Below, in pieces: positions 1-8,584 of a stretch of DNA of 32,000 bases; within the stretch, counting starts at the first letter, position 1, and every line of letters starts with the position of its first letter. A program made the position numbers and the translations under genes. The stretch lies in NCBI RefSeq assembly GCF_043950625.1, contig NZ_CP171007.1, one strand, 5' to 3'. Source of the DNA: Alkanindiges sp. WGS2144. GTDB taxonomy: Bacteria > Pseudomonadota > Gammaproteobacteria > Pseudomonadales > Moraxellaceae. The notes under the pieces are model-generated. The model worked only from the letters and a program-made list of their open reading frames with translations, did not search any database and was not told where the DNA came from.

Positions 1-2043
1 CGCAAGATTCGTTCTGATGATGCCTATTCACCGGGCAACGTGGCCAACAAGCGCCCGGATCGTGCGGCGATTGTATATTCGCAGCGCTGCCGTGAGGCTT
101 ATCCTGACGTGCCCGTATTGCTGGGCGGGATTGAAGGCAGCCTGCGCCGCATTGCCCATTATGATTACTGGTCAGATAAAGTGCGCCGCTCGATTTTGAT
201 GGATGCCAAGGCGGATTTACTGATGTATGGCAATGGTGAGCGTTCCATTGTAGAAGTCCTGCATCGTCTGGCCAAAGGCGAAAATATTAAAGATATTACT
301 AATGTGCGTGGTACGGCGTTTATTTTAAATAAAAACAGCAAACAGGCCAAAAAAGACTTTGTTGAAATTGCCAGTAACGATGTGGACAGCATTGGCCGGG
401 TTGACCCAATTATTAACCCGTATGTGATGACTGAAGACCTTGCCGGTTGTGACCTAGAAAATGGTAAAGGGGAACAGAAGAAGGATTCTGTTAGTCAGTA
501 TCAGGGTTTTACCAAAGAGCCAGTGGCCAACCCAATTGTCCGCGAAGGCACGCAACTTGATGCCGATACGCAAATCGTGCAACTCAAGGCAGCACCCAGC
601 AAAGCCATCAAGCATAAGCTGCCACCGCGCGAACTGTCAGTCATTCGTTTGCCGGACTTTGAACAAGTCGCCAATGACCCGGTGCTCTATGCGCATGCCA
701 ACCGGATTTTGCATCTGGAAACCAATCCCGGTAATGCCCGTGCACTGGTACAACGGCATGCGGATCGTGATGTATGGATCAACCCGCCACCGATTCCGCT
801 GACCACCGAAGAAATGGACTATGTGTTTGACCTGCCGTATGCGCGTTTGCCACACCCAAGCTATGGTGATGCGCGGATTCCAGCCTTTGATATGATCAAG
901 TTTTCCGTCAATATCATGCGCGGCTGTTTTGGTGGTTGTACCTTTTGTTCCATTACCGAGCATGAAGGCCGGATTATTCAAAATCGTTCGGAAGAATCCA
1001 TTCTACGCGAAGTGGAAAAAATCCGTGATACCGCGCCTCAGTTTACCGGCATTATTTCCGACCTGGGCGGGCCAACTGCCAATATGTACCGACTGGCTTG
1101 TAAAGACCCGCAAATTGAAAAAAACTGCCGCAAGCCGTCCTGCGTGTATCCGGGCGTCTGTGACAACCTGCATACCGATCATGCGCCACTGACACAGCTG
1201 TATCGTAAGGCGCGTGCGATTAAAGGTATTAAAAAAATCCTGATTGGCTCTGGCTTGCGATATGACTTGGCAGTATTAAATCCTGAATATGTGCGCGAAC
1301 TGGTCACCCATCATGTCGGTGGCTACTTAAAAATTGCCCCGGAACATACCGAAGAAAATGCCCTGTCCAAAATGATGAAACCCGGCATTGGTACCTATGA
1401 CCGTTTTAAGCAAATGTTTGAGCGCTTTAGCAAGGAAGCCGGCAAGGAACAGTACCTGATTCCATATTTTATTGCGGCACATCCGGGTACTACCGATGTC
1501 GACATGATGAATCTCGCCATTTGGCTGAAGAAAAACGGTTTTCGAGCCGATCAGGTACAAACCTTTTATCCATCGCCCATGGCCACCGCCACCACCATGT
1601 ATCACACCTTAAAAAATCCGCTTAGGAAAGTATCGCGGCATAGTGAAACGGTGGATATTGTCAAAGGTGAAAAACGCCGCCGTCTGCATAAGGCGTTCCT
1701 GCGTTACCATGATCCCAACAACTGGCCATTGCTGCGTGAAGCTCTAAAAAGCATGGGCCGTAGTGATTTGATTGGCAACAGCAAGCAGCATTTGATTCCT
1801 ACTTATCAGCCGCAAGGCACGGAAGGTGAGTACAGCTCTGCCCGCAAGAAAAATTCCACAGTGGCTGGGGATTCGCAAAAGCGTAGTGGTTCACAGCCGC
1901 GTGGCAATGCTTCTGGCTCCTCCAATCGCCCCCAAAAAGGTCAGATACTGACCCAGCATACTGGATTGCCGCCAAGAGAGCAGAAGGATAGAAAGCAGGA
2001 TAACAAGAATCGTCCTGTTAGAAGTAAGCAAAGAACGCGTTAA
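1..2043 (+). CDS. ygiQ: YgiQ-family (UPF0313) radical SAM protein, 5' end cut by the window edge
   Basis: Frame 1 is open from base 1, so the track start at 40 is an internal GTG. A Cx3Cx2C radical-SAM cluster motif (CFGGCTFC) is encoded at 925-948. The long K/R/Q/S-rich C-terminal tail is typical of YgiQ. Stop is TAA at 2041-2043. Confidence 0.9.
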   Translation, partial: RKIRSDDAYSPGNVANKRPDRAAIVYSQRCREAYPDVPVLLGGIEGSLRRIAHYDYWSDKVRRSILMDAKADLLMYGNGERSIVEVLHRLAKGENIKDITNVRGTAFILNKNSKQAKKDFVEIASNDVDSIGRVDPIINPYVMTEDLAGCDLENGKGEQKKDSVSQYQGFTKEPVANPIVREGTQLDADTQIVQLKAAPSKAIKHKLPPRELSVIRLPDFEQVANDPVLYAHANRILHLETNPGNARALVQRHADRDVWINPPPIPLTTEEMDYVFDLPYARLPHPSYGDARIPAFDMIKFSVNIMRGCFGGCTFCSITEHEGRIIQNRSEESILREVEKIRDTAPQFTGIISDLGGPTANMYRLACKDPQIEKNCRKPSCVYPGVCDNLHTDHAPLTQLYRKARAIKGIKKILIGSGLRYDLAVLNPEYVRELVTHHVGGYLKIAPEHTEENALSKMMKPGIGTYDRFKQMFERFSKEAGKEQYLIPYFIAAHPGTTDVDMMNLAIWLKKNGFRADQVQTFYPSPMATATTMYHTLKNPLRKVSRHSETVDIVKGEKRRRLHKAFLRYHDPNNWPLLREALKSMGRSDLIGNSKQHLIPTYQPQGTEGEYSSARKKNSTVAGDSQKRSGSQPRGNASGSSNRPQKGQILTQHTGLPPREQKDRKQDNKNRPVRSKQRTR

Positions 2044-2076
2044 TTGTCAGCGCAGGGATAAAAAAGGACTCAGAGC

Positions 2077-2271
2077 TGAACTGACCCCCGAAAGCTAGAC
2101 GGTTGGTTAAGCGGCAAGTAAGGACTGATTTCTGTACTGTACAGGACTCAGTCCCTTTAATTTAACCTTGATTCGCTCATGGTTGTAATAGTGAATATAT
2201 CCTTTCACGGCTTGCTCCAACTCATCAGCAGATTGAAATTCTTCATCAAAGAAACCTTCTGTCTTACCGGA
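2077..2271 (-). mobile_element. IS3-family insertion sequence remnant: terminal inverted repeat plus the last ~54 codons of OrfB/integrase
   Basis: The minus strand at 2271-2107 translates to SGKTEGFFDEEFQSADELEQAVKGYIHYYNHERIKVKLKGLSPVQYRNQSLLAA*, the characteristic C-terminus of IS3-family OrfB transposases. A TG-initiated terminal repeat, TGAACTGACCCCCGAAAGCTAGACGG, starts at 2077. The rest of the element is absent. Confidence 0.7.
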
Positions 2272-2511
2272 CTAGACTGAAGCACAGGTACTCGGGCTGG
2301 TCACTTGAGTTTGATAAAAATTCTGACGCTGCTGCAACTCGTGGATACGCCGTGCTAGTGTGTCACATGATGCCTGCTGATGAGGGCCATTTAACTTCTT
2401 GTTCAGCAAGAAGATTTCCCGAGTACAGCGCTCCTGTAGCTTATATAGCCGCTCCAGATAAACTTCCCAGGTTTCAGCCTTTCCCAGTTGATCTGATATA
2501 TCAACACTCAT
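2272..2511 (-). CDS. Hypothetical 79-aa protein, helical or coiled-coil-like, possibly truncated or chimeric at its C-terminus
   Basis: ATG at 2511 is preceded by GAGAGG about 7 nt upstream. The TAG stop at 2272-2274 directly abuts the IS3 remnant in the same frame. I recognise no family. Confidence 0.4.
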   Translation of the reverse strand: MSVDISDQLGKAETWEVYLERLYKLQERCTREIFLLNKKLNGPHQQASCDTLARRIHELQQRQNFYQTQVTSPSTCASV

Positions 2512-2761
2512 GATCTACCTCTCTAGCAATGACAACGTTTTTTGAGTGTTATTTTTAGCAAAGACATATGACAGTGCTATGACTGTCATAGAAAGAATAA
2601 AGAATATTCAATTCGGACAAGTGAAAAACTACTACAAATGGGTGGTGTAACCTCAACCAAGCTCATACAGCAGGCTTAATCCTTTACGTCATAATCAATC
2701 AAGCCTTTAGTTCTGCTCATTTCAAAAACTGAAACCAGTCAACACTTAACCGGAGCAACAG

Positions 2762-3325
2762 GTGGTGCATTCCCGTCCTCAATCTGAGCCAGCCAAAATT
2801 CCTGTCCCGCGTCGCGCCTCACGAGTAAAGAGTAATAGCTTCGATTACAGTCTCGACTTTAAAAAGATTGATTTTCGACAGCACCCAGAATTGTACCGAA
2901 TCGGGCGCGGCGAGCAGGGTGTGCTATTGGTTGAGCCGTATAAATCAGAAATTTTGCCGTACTGGCGCTTTGCCGATGAAGCAAAAGCGCAGCAAAGTAG
3001 TGAGCAGATTTTTCAGTTGTTTTTGGAGTATCTGGACAAGGACGATTTTGTCGGCGCTGACATGGCGCGTAAATTCCTGCAGATGGGCTATACCCGGGCG
3101 CGACGCTATGCCAATCATAAGGGCGGCAAAAAATACAATGGCCCGGTGCCGGATGATAAGAAAGGCTTAAGTGGTGCGCATGGTCGCGCTGAATTACCAC
3201 GCAGCCCGGAAGACCCGGTCAAGGCCGCTGCTGCCCGCATTTTTAAACAAAAATGGAATGAGGCAAAAATCCATCCACGCTATATTGCGCTTAAGCAAGG
3301 TTTTGAACAGCAATATGGCAAGTAA
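2762..3325 (+). CDS. DUF4385 domain protein
   Basis: The 187-aa ORF carries HPELYRIGRGEQGVLLVEPYKSEILPYWRF and FVGADMARKFLQMGYTRARRYANHKGGKKY, which match my memory of DUF4385. GGAG lies upstream of the GTG start. The exact start (2762 or 2765) is uncertain. Confidence 0.7.
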   Translation: MVHSRPQSEPAKIPVPRRASRVKSNSFDYSLDFKKIDFRQHPELYRIGRGEQGVLLVEPYKSEILPYWRFADEAKAQQSSEQIFQLFLEYLDKDDFVGADMARKFLQMGYTRARRYANHKGGKKYNGPVPDDKKGLSGAHGRAELPRSPEDPVKAAAARIFKQKWNEAKIHPRYIALKQGFEQQYGK

Positions 3326-3340
3326 GTTTTGATCCCTGAG

Positions 3341-4777
3341 TTAAGAAGACTCTGGCAAACCCACTTCGGCCTGTTCCTGCCGTTTGCACTGTTTATCGTC
3401 CGGCTCTAACTGCCAGAAAATCCACGCGGCGGCCATGGTCATGACACCCATACACATAAACGTGGCATGAAAGGCATTAATGATTTGATGCTGATAGTGC
3501 GCGGTAAAGCCATTTAAAATCGCGGCAGCGGCGGCCACCCCCATGCTCATGGACAGCATCATAATCATGGACAATAAGCTGTTGCCGCTACTGGCATGCT
3601 GCGGCTGCAAGTCTTTTAAGGTAAGGGTATTCATGGCGGTAAACTGCACCGAGTTGATCATACCAAACACAAAAAAGTGACCAATACGCAACCAGGTCGG
3701 CTGATCGGCATTGACCAGCGCAAAACTGGCAATTCCCAGCCCTACCAGCAAGGTATTGGTGACCAGCACCTTTTTATAGCCAAACCGCTGAATGAGCGGC
3801 GTAATGGTGCGCTTAATGGTCATGGCGCCTAACACCAGTGGCATCATCATTAAACCCGCCTGTACCGGACTATGTCCAAGCGCCAGTTGCAACATCAGTG
3901 GCATTAAAAACGGGATGGCACCACCACCCAAACGGGCAAATAAATTACCAAAAATCCCAATATTAAAGCTGCGGTTATTAAATAAATCCTTGCGAAATAG
4001 CGCATTGCTGTGCCGCTGCGAATGGAACACATAGCCTACCAGTGCAGCAATGCCCATGATCAGCAAAATCAGCATGGCTGCCACCATGGCTCGGTCAGTT
4101 AGGCCATCTAAGGATAGCGATAAGCACACCATACCCACCACCAGTAGCACATAACCGCTTAAATCAAAACCGGGCAGCTCGGGATTTTTAAGCACCGGCA
4201 TAATTTTTAAGGTCATGGCTGCGCCAATCAGGCCAATGGGCAAGTTAATTAAAAAAATCCAGTGCCAGCTGGCCACTTCCACCAGCCAGCCGCCCAGTGC
4301 CGGGCCAATCAGTGGGCCAATCAAACCGGGAATAGTAATAAAACTCATGGCGGCCAAAAACTGCGGGCGTGGTACCACGCGTAAAATAGCTAAACGCCCA
4401 ACTGGTAACAGCATGGCACCGCCAATCCCTTGCAGCACCCGTGCAGCCACCAGTTGCGTCAGGTTTTGCGATAGGGCACAAAATAGGGAGGCAATGGAAA
4501 ATACCACAATGGCAGTTAAAAATGCATAACGGATACCAATGCGGTCAGCAATCCAGCCACTGGCGGGAATCACCGCAGCCACCGACAAGACGTAGGCAAT
4601 CACCACCGATTGCATGTGTAGCGGACTTTCCCCCAGACTGCTGGCCATATTAGGCAGGGCTGTATTGACAATAGTGGAATCCAGCGATTGCATAAAAAAC
4701 CCAAGCGCCACCAGCCATAGCAAGGTTTTATAGGAGGGGTCGACCTTGCCTGAATGCAGGTTGATTGTTGTACTCAT
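3341..4777 (-). CDS. mdtD: MFS transporter, DHA2 (14-TMS) type, MdtD-like
   Basis: Strong similarity to E. coli MdtD as I recall it (FFMQSLDSTIVNTALPNMASSLGESPLHM, ASGWIADRIG, LQGIGGAMLLPVGRL, MNTLTLKDL, SSGNSLLSMIM). I prefer ATG 4777, with GGAG 8 nt upstream, over the upstream GTG at 4810. Confidence 0.85.
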   Translation of the reverse strand: MSTTINLHSGKVDPSYKTLLWLVALGFFMQSLDSTIVNTALPNMASSLGESPLHMQSVVIAYVLSVAAVIPASGWIADRIGIRYAFLTAIVVFSIASLFCALSQNLTQLVAARVLQGIGGAMLLPVGRLAILRVVPRPQFLAAMSFITIPGLIGPLIGPALGGWLVEVASWHWIFLINLPIGLIGAAMTLKIMPVLKNPELPGFDLSGYVLLVVGMVCLSLSLDGLTDRAMVAAMLILLIMGIAALVGYVFHSQRHSNALFRKDLFNNRSFNIGIFGNLFARLGGGAIPFLMPLMLQLALGHSPVQAGLMMMPLVLGAMTIKRTITPLIQRFGYKKVLVTNTLLVGLGIASFALVNADQPTWLRIGHFFVFGMINSVQFTAMNTLTLKDLQPQHASSGNSLLSMIMMLSMSMGVAAAAAILNGFTAHYQHQIINAFHATFMCMGVMTMAAAWIFWQLEPDDKQCKRQEQAEVGLPESS

Positions 4778-4975
4778 TGCTTTTTCTCCAACAGGCTGCC
4801 CCAAAAACACAGGTCAAAAATCATTTTTAGTTTAACCTGTTGAGTTATCTAAAAAAGTAACAAGCTGTTGTGTAATGATAAACATGAAATGATGGCTGCC
4901 GATAGCATCGGCCATTTTGCTTTAGGGGTTGAATGTTAAATAATAACCAGCAATTTAACGCCTCTGGAAGAACTT

Positions 4976-5446
4976 ATGACACCTGCCTGCCGCTTGTTGA
5001 GCCGTAACAAAATCAGCTATAGCATTCATGAATATGAACATGATCCCCAGTGCAGCAATTTTGGATTGGAAGCTGCCCAGAAGCTAAACTTGCCGCTTGA
5101 ACAGGTGTTTAAAACATTGCTAGTGACTGATGATCAACAGTTTTATGTGGCGATTTTGCCTGTCAGCCATAGCTTGAATTTAAAAAAGGCTGCGCTGGCC
5201 TTTAAGGTAAAAAAACTGCATATGGCTGATATCAGGGATGCTGAGCGCATTACGGGTTATCTGGTAGGAGGGATCAGCCCAATTGGTCAAAAAAAGCGCT
5301 TAAAGACCATTATTGATAGCAGGGCAACACAATGGCAGTGCATGTATGTTAGCGGTGGCAAACGTGGCTTGGACATCGGCTTAACACCACAGGCACTGGC
5401 ACAGGTAGTACAGGCCACGTTTGCCGATATTGTAGACAACACTTAG
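4976..5446 (+). CDS. ybaK: Cys-tRNA(Pro)/Cys-tRNA(Cys) deacylase YbaK
   Basis: The 156-aa ORF is collinear with E. coli YbaK as recalled (MTPA..LL..NKIS..IHEYEHDP, FKTLLV, GYLVGGISPIGQKKRL, YVSGGKRGLDI). Confidence 0.85.
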   Translation: MTPACRLLSRNKISYSIHEYEHDPQCSNFGLEAAQKLNLPLEQVFKTLLVTDDQQFYVAILPVSHSLNLKKAALAFKVKKLHMADIRDAERITGYLVGGISPIGQKKRLKTIIDSRATQWQCMYVSGGKRGLDIGLTPQALAQVVQATFADIVDNT

Positions 5447-5448
5447 GT

Positions 5449-6129
5449 TTAAATTTTTTCTTGCGTCAGGGGCTGCGTTTCTTCGTGGCTGATTTGTGCC
5501 AACGCAATCAGCACTTCGTCAACAGTTTGGCAGACCAGAACCTGTTTGCGATGGTGCGCCGACAAAAAACCTTCCTGTACAGCATGATCCAGCTGGGCAA
5601 TTAAAAACTGGTAGTAGTTGTTAATATTAAATAAAACAATGGGTTTACTGTGCTGTTGCAGCTGCCCCCAGGTCGCAACTTCCAGTATTTCCTCAAAAGT
5701 GCCCAGACCACCGGGTAAAGCCACAAAAGCACTGGCGCGGTCTGCCATAATGGCCTTGCGCTCGTGCATGGTATCAACAATATATAGTTCGGTTAGCGCA
5801 TCGTGGGCAATTTCATGGCGCAACAGAAAGTCCGGGATCACGCCCACCACTTCACCGCCGTGAGCAATAACAGTATCTGCCACCTGACCCATTAAGCCAA
5901 TGCTGGCGCCACCGTAGACAATACCCAGTTGATGCTGCGCCAGCTGTCGTGCCAGTTCAATGGCCTGGGTTTGATACACTGGCTGATTGCCGGAACGCGA
6001 ACCGCAATATAAAGCCACCAGTGGCAGTGTGGTCTTAACATGTTGTACTGTTGCGCTTGAGGCCGGCTTGTTCTCTAACGACCATAATTTTTCGGTGACT
6101 GGATTGGGTTGATTTACTCTGTGATTCAT
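5449..6129 (-). CDS. LOG-family (TIGR00730) nucleotide 5'-monophosphate nucleosidase-like protein
   Basis: Contains the PGGxGTxxE motif (LPGGLGTFEEI) and GGASIGLMG, and the length is typical of LOG family proteins. Confidence 0.8.
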   Translation of the reverse strand: MNHRVNQPNPVTEKLWSLENKPASSATVQHVKTTLPLVALYCGSRSGNQPVYQTQAIELARQLAQHQLGIVYGGASIGLMGQVADTVIAHGGEVVGVIPDFLLRHEIAHDALTELYIVDTMHERKAIMADRASAFVALPGGLGTFEEILEVATWGQLQQHSKPIVLFNINNYYQFLIAQLDHAVQEGFLSAHHRKQVLVCQTVDEVLIALAQISHEETQPLTQEKI

Positions 6130-6278
6130 TGTTTATATTTATCCTTTAAAAATCATATTTGTGTAAGTCATATTACCATCTGAATATGACAACTTCATGA
6201 TACTGTGCCGTTGCAGAGGTTTTAAGTGCTAAATTGCTTCACTTGGTTGCTTTTATGCATATCTTAAGCTTAAAACCA

Positions 6279-7112
6279 TTAAGCCAGTTCAGCACTGATC
6301 AGACTGTAGTGCACCAGACCCTGCCGATATAAAAAGCCACATAGTTTTGCGGTGCAGCGGATTTTTAGCCAGTCCCGATATTGCCCAGCCCGAACCGGTG
6401 GATGGTGGTGGGCAATATAATGGGCAAAGCCTTGTAATACCGGCTGATCAAGATGCTTTATCTTAATATGGGTAAAGCCACTTGCCTGTAGCTGTGTCAC
6501 GACTTGCATCTCATTGAGTAAATGCTGTTGTGGCACACAGGCCAGCCCCAGCAGTTTAAGGGTTAGTTTCTTTTGCATCACGGACGCCTTAATCCAGAGT
6601 GGGCTGAGCATTAAGGTGGTAAAGGCAATGCGCCCCTGATTCTTAAGGGCTGCCTTATTGACGGCCAAAAAGTCAGCCAGCAGTGCATGATAAGCCGCGT
6701 CTACGCAAACCACAGCATCAAAAGCCTGTTGCAAATGTACAGCCGGTAAAGGCAACTGGCTAAAAGAAGCCTGATAAATACCATCAAGCTGGGGTAGTCG
6801 CGCCTTATTAATTGCGTTAATACATGCTGGTTGCAGTTCAAAGGCGCTCATGTGCTCAATAGCAAATGCCGTGTTCCAGTAAACCAGACTGGCACCTTGC
6901 CCACCGCCCAGATCCAGCAAGTGATCTGAAGGTGCCAAGCGTGCGGCCTTGCCGACCAGTTGCGCCAGTTGCTGACACGCTACTGGATAGTCATGAGTGC
7001 CTTGCCAGAATCCCAGATTAGTCCAGGCCAGTGGCCGTGAATCACCCAGCAAATGACTGGCAATAGCAAAATGATGGTCAGGTTGTAGATATTTGCTGAT
7101 GATTTTTCGCAT
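6279..7112 (-). CDS. Class I SAM-dependent methyltransferase, substrate unknown
   Basis: The 277-aa ORF has a motif-I-like LLDLGGGQGAS. It lies 14 nt downstream of the preceding oxidoreductase gene on the same strand. Confidence 0.65.
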   Translation of the reverse strand: MRKIISKYLQPDHHFAIASHLLGDSRPLAWTNLGFWQGTHDYPVACQQLAQLVGKAARLAPSDHLLDLGGGQGASLVYWNTAFAIEHMSAFELQPACINAINKARLPQLDGIYQASFSQLPLPAVHLQQAFDAVVCVDAAYHALLADFLAVNKAALKNQGRIAFTTLMLSPLWIKASVMQKKLTLKLLGLACVPQQHLLNEMQVVTQLQASGFTHIKIKHLDQPVLQGFAHYIAHHHPPVRAGQYRDWLKIRCTAKLCGFLYRQGLVHYSLISAELA

Positions 7113-7126
7113 AGGCTGAATATAAT

Positions 7127-8443
7127 TTAACGGGGCAATCCCGCGGCTTTTACCATGCGTGGTTTTTGCCCGGCAAAGTCAGGATGAACCCCCAGTTGTT
7201 TGACCACCCACATGGCCGAGGTGACAGCAGATTCCAAAATAGGCAGGCCATCGCACAGCCAGGAGCCGCAAAAAAACACACGACGCTCAGGATTTTGCTG
7301 TAAGTGCTTCACCTGCTGTATCAGCGCTGCGGTATGGCTATCCACGATGGCTCGGCTCAGCCACACACTGGAGATGACCTGACTGGCATCAGGCTCAAAT
7401 ACCGGATTCCAGGTCTGGAACATATCAGTTTTATTGGCTAGTGTGGGTTCAATGGCATTCATCCATACCGTAAACATTTGCTGGCTAAATACGGTATCCA
7501 TACTGTAATTCAGCACAGTCCAGTCTGCTTTTTGGCAGGGCATAAAGCGCTTGTCCCGGTGAATGACCAGTCTGCCCTGATCAAACTTGAACTGCTGAAG
7601 CAATTGCAATTCTTGTCTAAACTGTGCTGCGTTTAAAAAACCAAGATGAGTGGTAGGCGTGGCTACAATCACATAATCATACAGGCCTTGCTGACCGCGT
7701 TCATTACGTACCAGCGCTTGCTGCTGTTGATACTCCACTGTAGTGACTTTGGCGCCACTAATCACAGGAATATCCTGAATTAGGGCATTGACCAGCGCCG
7801 ATGTACCGCCCTGTAAGCGCAACAAGGCTTCCCCCTGCATCAGCTTGTTCACAAAATCAAGTATCGGCTTGGCTGGCCATTTGCCAATATGCTGTGGCTC
7901 ACAGGTGCAAATGGTATTAATAACCGGCAACAAAATGCCATACCAGAACAGCGGCTCAATCGCATGTTGCATATGAAAATCTGCCAGACTCATCTCCTGA
8001 TGAGGACTGTGTTTAAACTGCTTTAAGGCCTGTCTGAACTGAAAAAAACCCTTAAGCACGCTTAAGCTGGTCTGGTTGATATAACGCAGGCTAGCAAGTG
8101 TCGGCAAGTTACCCAGCGAGGTACGCCGGCTTTTAAACCAGTTGTTTAGGCGCTGGTCTTGTTCCAGCCAGTTGCAGGACATAAAGGTGCGTACTTTAAA
8201 GACCGGCACATCCATATAAGCGGCCAGCGCTAAAGTGTTGGGCCAGACGGAAGGATTCATCACCCGTAGCGGAGCATCAATAATGCCACCATCCATATGT
8301 AGGCTATGGCTGTCCATGCCCCGACCCGGTAGAGCCTCATAAATGGTAACGTCAAAACCGGCGTCTTTTAACAGACGGGCTGCACTTAGGCCTGCCATGC
8401 CGCTGCCAATAATGGCAACAGATGGTGAAGCAGTTTGCTGCAT
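7127..8443 (-). CDS. NAD/FAD-binding oxidoreductase (amine-oxidase/COG2907-like fold)
   Basis: The N-terminal dinucleotide fold is VAIIGSGMAGLSAARLL....VTIYEA. The 438-aa length and the following IDAPLRVMNP..WPN pattern resemble COG2907 proteins. AAGG lies about 9 nt upstream of the ATG. Confidence 0.65.
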   Translation of the reverse strand: MQQTASPSVAIIGSGMAGLSAARLLKDAGFDVTIYEALPGRGMDSHSLHMDGGIIDAPLRVMNPSVWPNTLALAAYMDVPVFKVRTFMSCNWLEQDQRLNNWFKSRRTSLGNLPTLASLRYINQTSLSVLKGFFQFRQALKQFKHSPHQEMSLADFHMQHAIEPLFWYGILLPVINTICTCEPQHIGKWPAKPILDFVNKLMQGEALLRLQGGTSALVNALIQDIPVISGAKVTTVEYQQQQALVRNERGQQGLYDYVIVATPTTHLGFLNAAQFRQELQLLQQFKFDQGRLVIHRDKRFMPCQKADWTVLNYSMDTVFSQQMFTVWMNAIEPTLANKTDMFQTWNPVFEPDASQVISSVWLSRAIVDSHTAALIQQVKHLQQNPERRVFFCGSWLCDGLPILESAVTSAMWVVKQLGVHPDFAGQKPRMVKAAGLPR

Positions 8444-8584
8444 GATAATTGCCTTAAAGGCCAGAAATCTGATGAGCTATCGGGTGATAGCCGGCGTAAT
8501 GGAGCAGCTTTTAAAATATACCGATCACACAACCAATGCAAAACCTAATACGCAAGGTCAGAGTGATAAAAATTCAGGACTGGC

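Noticed and set aside
4911-4945. Imperfect hairpin (GCCGAT-AGC-ATCGGC with flanking ATG/CAT) followed by TTTGCTTT, between mdtD and ybaK
   Set aside because: It lies in a divergent promoter region where no upstream transcript needs terminating. The stem is short and bulged. It is possibly an operator, but there is no further support.
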